NCBI GenBank assembly: GCA_004431415.1
Contig: QPMI01000139.1
Coordinates: 1-64,000, forward strand
Source: Cyanophora paradoxa CCMP329
Lineage: Eukaryota; Plantae; Glaucophyta
Length of the DNA stretch: 64,000 nucleotides
Reading direction: 5' to 3'
The notes beneath the pieces were generated by a model that did no database searches, was not told the origin of the DNA, and worked only from the letters and a program-made list of their open reading frames with translations. Positions 60,470 through 64,000 of this stretch are shown piece after piece (the first letter of the stretch is position 1; every line of letters starts with the position of its first letter). A program made the position numbers and the translations under genes.

Positions 60470-61536
60470 ATGTCGATTCCCGCTGAGCTTGCCGAGGACT
60501 TCGCCTTTGTCCAAGCAACGTGGGCTAACTCCGGTGGCACTCAAGGGGCTACCCCTGAGATGGAGCAGCGCGCCGACGCTCTGGGGTACATCTACAATTA
60601 TGCCATCTTACGCGCCACTGGCCCCGAAGTGCAACTTCTCCCCAAGTCCGCCTTCACGTCCAAGGCCAAGAAATCCAAGTCCAAGCAACCCAAGCCCGAG
60701 CCCCCGTCGACGTGCCCCCGTCCCCGGCTGGGTCAAGACCGCCAACGGCTGGGGCGACCCCAAGCTTTTCGCCGAGTCTGCTGCCGAGACGCTCGCCTGG
60801 GCCTACCCCCTCAAGTCTTCACGAATTACCCCCTCCGTCATCGTCGTCATCTGCCCCTCAGCCCGTCGCCGAGCCCGCCCCCGAGCCCGCCGATGACGCC
60901 AAGTCCGAGGCCTCTGACGTCGAGTCTGACATCAACGACTTCATCGACTTTGACGTGCCGATTCCATACGACTCTGAGTCGTCTTCTGACTCTGAAGGCG
61001 ACAACGAAAACCCGACTCGCAAGCGCCGCATTATCAAGACCAAGTCAATCGTCAAGAAGAAGTTCATGGAGACTACGTCATTCACCGACAACTCCGAGCG
61101 CGTCAAGGACCCCGCCAAGGCACACGAGAAGGACTTGAAGCTCGGCGCCGGCATTGCCCGTTCTCGCGTGACGTCACACTACAGCGAGCGCCTGACTCAG
61201 CACGTCAAGACCATTGAGAAGCGCGTCCTCTGCAACGAGCTCCGCAAGGAGTTGGAGCGCAAGCGGCGCCACGAGCGCCTTGTCCAGTACCAGATCAACA
61301 AGGCGCGGATCGCCGAGCGCAAGCAGAAGGAGGCGGCCGAGCTCAAGGCGCGCATCGAGGCTCAGCAGCAGCGCGAGGCAGAGGCGGCAGCGGCCTTGGC
61401 GGCGCAGCGCGAGCGCGAGCGGCAGGACTTGGTGCAGGCAGCGCAGTCCCTTCCCCGCATTCCCCTTAAGTCGGCGCCCGAGGGCCTCATTGAGTTGGTT
61501 TCCGATGACGATGACTCTGACTTTGAGATGCTGTAA
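60470..61536 (+). CDS. Hypothetical protein with acidic tract, basic NLS-like segment and coiled coil (two apparent frameshifts)
   Basis: MSIPAELAEDFAF.. (frame 60437) continues into DDAKSEASDVESD..RKRRIIK..ELRKELERKRR..DDDDSDFEML* (frame 60712). Confidence 0.65.
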
Positions 61537-61607
61537 ATAGTATTGCGTCATTCCATTGTACATACTTGTAAAAATTGGCCGACTATTCAGTTACGACTTG
61601 GCGCGAT

Positions 61608-61725
61608 CCTGGGACTTGGGACTTGGACTTGGGACTTGGGACTTGGGACTTGGGACTTGGGAAGAGTTAGACTCAGGGTCTGGGCCCAGAATCTCTCTGG
61701 ATCTGAGAGTTTGCCGCGCCAAGTC
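61608..61725 (+). repeat. (GGGACTT)n module 2
   Basis: CCT + 7 units + GGGAAGAGTTAGACTCAGGGTCTGGGCCCAGA..CAAGTC. Confidence 0.95.
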
Positions 61726-61951
61726 CCTAACCACCGGGCAGACATGTAGAGGGGTACGGAAATCTGCATATGACGTTTCTGGTGACATTCCAGGTGAGAT
61801 TTCAAGCGAGGTAGAGTCTGAACTGGTGTACGACTTGTAGCATGATACTGGACATGAAAGCTCACGAGAGTATGCAACCGAAAACGGATGTGAAGAGGGG
61901 TAGGAGTTTTCGTGTGAGATGTCGAGAGAAGGAGGGTACGAGATGGGATAC

Positions 61952-62021
61952 GAGTAAAAAGACTACGAGTAAAAAAGACTACGAGTAAAAAAGAGTATGA
62001 GGAGTGGTAGGAGTAAAAAAG
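61952..62021 (+). repeat. GAGTAAAAAAGACTAC-type short tandem repeat
   Basis: Three tandem copies plus one spaced GAGTAAAAAAG. Confidence 0.85.
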
Positions 62022-62040
62022 TCGGTAGAAAAACTCACCT

Positions 62041-62176
62041 GACTTGTCTGACAAATTTCTGATCCTGGAGAAAGTCTGGGCCGGGACCTGGGTTTCAACT
62101 CTTCCCAAGTCCCAAGTCCCAAGTCCAAGTCCCAAGTCCCAAGTCCCAAGTCCCAAGTCCAAGTCCAAGTCCCAGG
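62041..62176 (-). repeat. (GGGACTT)n module 3, inverted relative to modules 1 and 2
   Basis: About 10 AAGTCC(C) units preceded by AACTCTTCCC and the reverse complement of the conserved tail. Confidence 0.95.
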
Positions 62177-62197
62177 TTTTTCTGAACCTAGGGCAAA

Positions 62198-62514
62198 ATG
62201 GCCCTGCTCCGGTGCACCGACTCGCAAGACGTCGCCTACAACGTCCTGGTCAACTCGGACGTACCCCGAGTGCCTTGGAGTTTCCCTGGAGAGTGGACAG
62301 GGACAGGGTGAGCAAGACGTTTGGAGGGCGCAAGCACTACCTCTCCCAGCTGATCCTCGGGAAGTCGCCACGTGGACGCTACGTGGAACACATCAACGGC
62401 AACCCGCTGGACTACAGGAGGGAGAACCTGCGCTGGGCATCAATGTCGGAGATTCGCAAGAAGAGGAGGGGTACGCCAATTTACAGGAGAAGAGCGAGGA
62501 GATTCGGGAGATGA
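62198..62514 (+). CDS. Small phage-type HNH endonuclease-like protein (one frameshift near 62270)
   Basis: YLSQLILG..YVEHINGNPLDYRRENLRWAS. ATG in GCAAAATG context. Confidence 0.75.
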
Positions 62515-62550
62515 TGGAGGCGACACAGGTGCTAATGCAGCTTAGCCAGT

Positions 62551-63363
62551 CTAGACGCTAGTGGTGTGAATCTTGGTGTCGTACTCGCGACCGACCGTTT
62601 CCCAGGCCACGTAAACTTCGGCTCCGGCGCCTGGCGCTGTCGAGTTGGTAGTCGCAGTCGTGTAGTCCGCCTCTGCCTCAATTAGTTCGGCCATGAGGGT
62701 AGAGCCCACGACCATTCCAGAGGTAGGCATTCCGGCGATGTTGTTGTACAATTTGAAAGTGAATTTCGTGAAGAGGAGCCGGGGCCAGACCTGGGTACGG
62801 GGATTCGAGGCGCCGTATGAATAATCGGTACCCGAGGCGCCGCCCGTGGTGGCATTCGTCATCATCTCCTTTGCGGTCATCTTCCAGAGGTTGTACATCT
62901 CAAAGGGAACGGCCTGCGTGGTCTTGTGTGTGGCATCGATGAGGGCGCCATCTAAATGCGTTTTGATGTTCGGATTCGCACCATTCCCGAATTTGCGAGT
63001 GAGGGCGGTGTTAGCGGTGAACTTGAGTTCGAGCACGCGAATGGCGGGCCGATCAGGCACAGAGGGCTCTATCTTTTTCAGGAGGCCCGAGAGCCAGAGC
63101 GCCTCCGCCTCATCCGCGCTCACGCCCGAGTCGATGTCAAAGTACACGTACACGGAGCAGGAGGCGGGATTCTCGAAATCGTTGGAGGTGACGCGCAACA
63201 TGACGGGATTCTGGACCCTCACGGTGAGCGGGGTGGCGTAGTTTCCGTCCCACTCCACCTTGTCCGTCCCTGCGTTGGCCACGTTCCCAGCGTTGCCGTA
63301 GAAATCGGGGACGATCGAGCCGGCAGACACGGTCTTCACGATGGTGGCCGAGGTGGTCGGCAT
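62551..63363 (-). CDS. Hypothetical 270-aa beta-rich protein, possibly a virion structural protein (paralog A)
   Basis: Intact intronless ORF, Thr/Asn/Gly-rich, GCAAAATG start. Colinear similarity to the upstream ORF. Confidence 0.75.
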   Translation of the reverse strand: MPTTSATIVKTVSAGSIVPDFYGNAGNVANAGTDKVEWDGNYATPLTVRVQNPVMLRVTSNDFENPASCSVYVYFDIDSGVSADEAEALWLSGLLKKIEPSVPDRPAIRVLELKFTANTALTRKFGNGANPNIKTHLDGALIDATHKTTQAVPFEMYNLWKMTAKEMMTNATTGGASGTDYSYGASNPRTQVWPRLLFTKFTFKLYNNIAGMPTSGMVVGSTLMAELIEAEADYTTATTNSTAPGAGAEVYVAWETVGREYDTKIHTTSV

Positions 63364-63386
63364 TTTGCGACCTCAAATGAGAAAGA

Positions 63387-64000
63387 TTATCCGTGAAAGA
63401 GGGTGATGTCGCCACCGATGTTCATGACGCGGGCCCCAGGCACAGAGTCAGCGTCGGTGCCGTACGCGTAGGAAATCGAGCACTCACGCAGCTCCGCGCA
63501 GAGGCTGGCGCCCGTGCTGAAGTGGGGCTGGTCGGCGGCGTAGGAGAGGGGGAAGACCTGGAACCTGAAAAAGGTGAAGGGGAAGCGGGGTAGAGTCGAG
63601 CCGCGTGGGTTGCCGCCCGTGTAGAGGGCCCCAGGGTCGCGGGACTTGGATTGAATTTCGTGAAGAGCACGTCGCCCTTGAGCGTACCCCTCATCTGGTA
63701 AGTTCCCGTACCCGGAAGATTCGAAGAACTGGGGTACCGGTTCACGGTGGGGCCGTACCCCGTCTCCCTGAACTTGACCTCGAGACAGCGCAAGACGTTG
63801 GCAGTGGCCGTGGCAGGTGCCACCTTTTTCACGAGTCCTGATTCGTGCAGCAGCTCGATAACCTCTGCGCTGAGGCTCAGAGGGTCGAAGAAGAGCTGGT
63901 AGGAATAAATCTTGGGCGTGGCGTAGGCGTTCTGAACGACCTGAATCACGACGGGATTCTGCAGAAAGACGTCGACGTAACTGCCGGAGGGTATGCGTGC
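63387..64000 (-). CDS. Paralog B of the 270-aa protein (5' truncated by the window; one frameshift near 63660)
   Basis: LQNPVVIQV..SGLVKKVAP..RCLEVKF, then in the shifted frame YTGGNPRGSTLPRFPFTFFRFQVF..GASLCAELRECSISY..ITLFHG*. Confidence 0.7.
   Translation of the reverse strand, partial: THTLRQLRRRLSAESRRDSGRSERLRHAQDLFLPALLRPSEPQRRGYRAAARIRTREKGGTCHGHCQRLALSRGQVQGDGVRPHREPVPQFFESSGYGNLPDEGYAQGRRALHEIQSKSRDPGALYTGGNPRGSTLPRFPFTFFRFQVFPLSYAADQPHFSTGASLCAELRECSISYAYGTDADSVPGARVMNIGGDITLFHG

Larger units (their letters stand above)
59040..64000. mobile_element. Putative endogenous virus-like element (left part; runs off the window)
   Basis: Abrupt drop in GC after an AT-rich patch at 59038-59060; compact, intron-poor ORFs; HNH gene; tandem paralogous beta-rich proteins; dispersed repeat modules. 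Confidence 0.65.

Noticed and set aside
59553-62176. GGGACTT arrays as CRISPR or as a true telomere
   Set aside because: No unique spacers or cas genes. The arrays are short, internal and in both orientations.

Overview
GC-rich eukaryotic nuclear DNA, gene-dense, with many ~50-80 nt introns. It is most likely from a flagellate with a primary plastid, probably a glaucophyte such as Cyanophora. That is an inference from Phe-containing transit-peptide starts, cyanobacterial-type DnaJ and QueA, and ciliary genes. Host genes in order: ATG2, CbpA-type DnaJ, Rieske ferredoxin, ribose-5-phosphate isomerase, PEX26/APEM9-like protein, M16 peptidase, TPR-like tail-anchored protein, QueA, an unknown protein, TTLL glutamylase, F-box/LRR, R3H+AN1 protein, kinesin-CCDC78 fusion, IFT74, pseudo-receiver cyclic-nucleotide PDE, peptidoglycan amidase and RPS11. 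A complete Ngaro-type tyrosine-recombinase retrotransposon (A1-gag-RT/RH-YR-B1A2B2, 40048-46304) ends 18 nt upstream of the IFT74 ATG. From ~59040 to the window end lies a compositionally distinct, compact, virus-like element. It carries three (GGGACTT)n modules with a conserved tail, a GATCGCG iteron-like cluster, an HNH gene and two tandem paralogous beta-rich proteins of unknown family. This element is the best candidate for an undescribed system. Most long Arg/Pro/Gly ORFs in the track are GC shadow frames. Exon boundaries are approximate, and many 1-nt frameshifts look like assembly indels.
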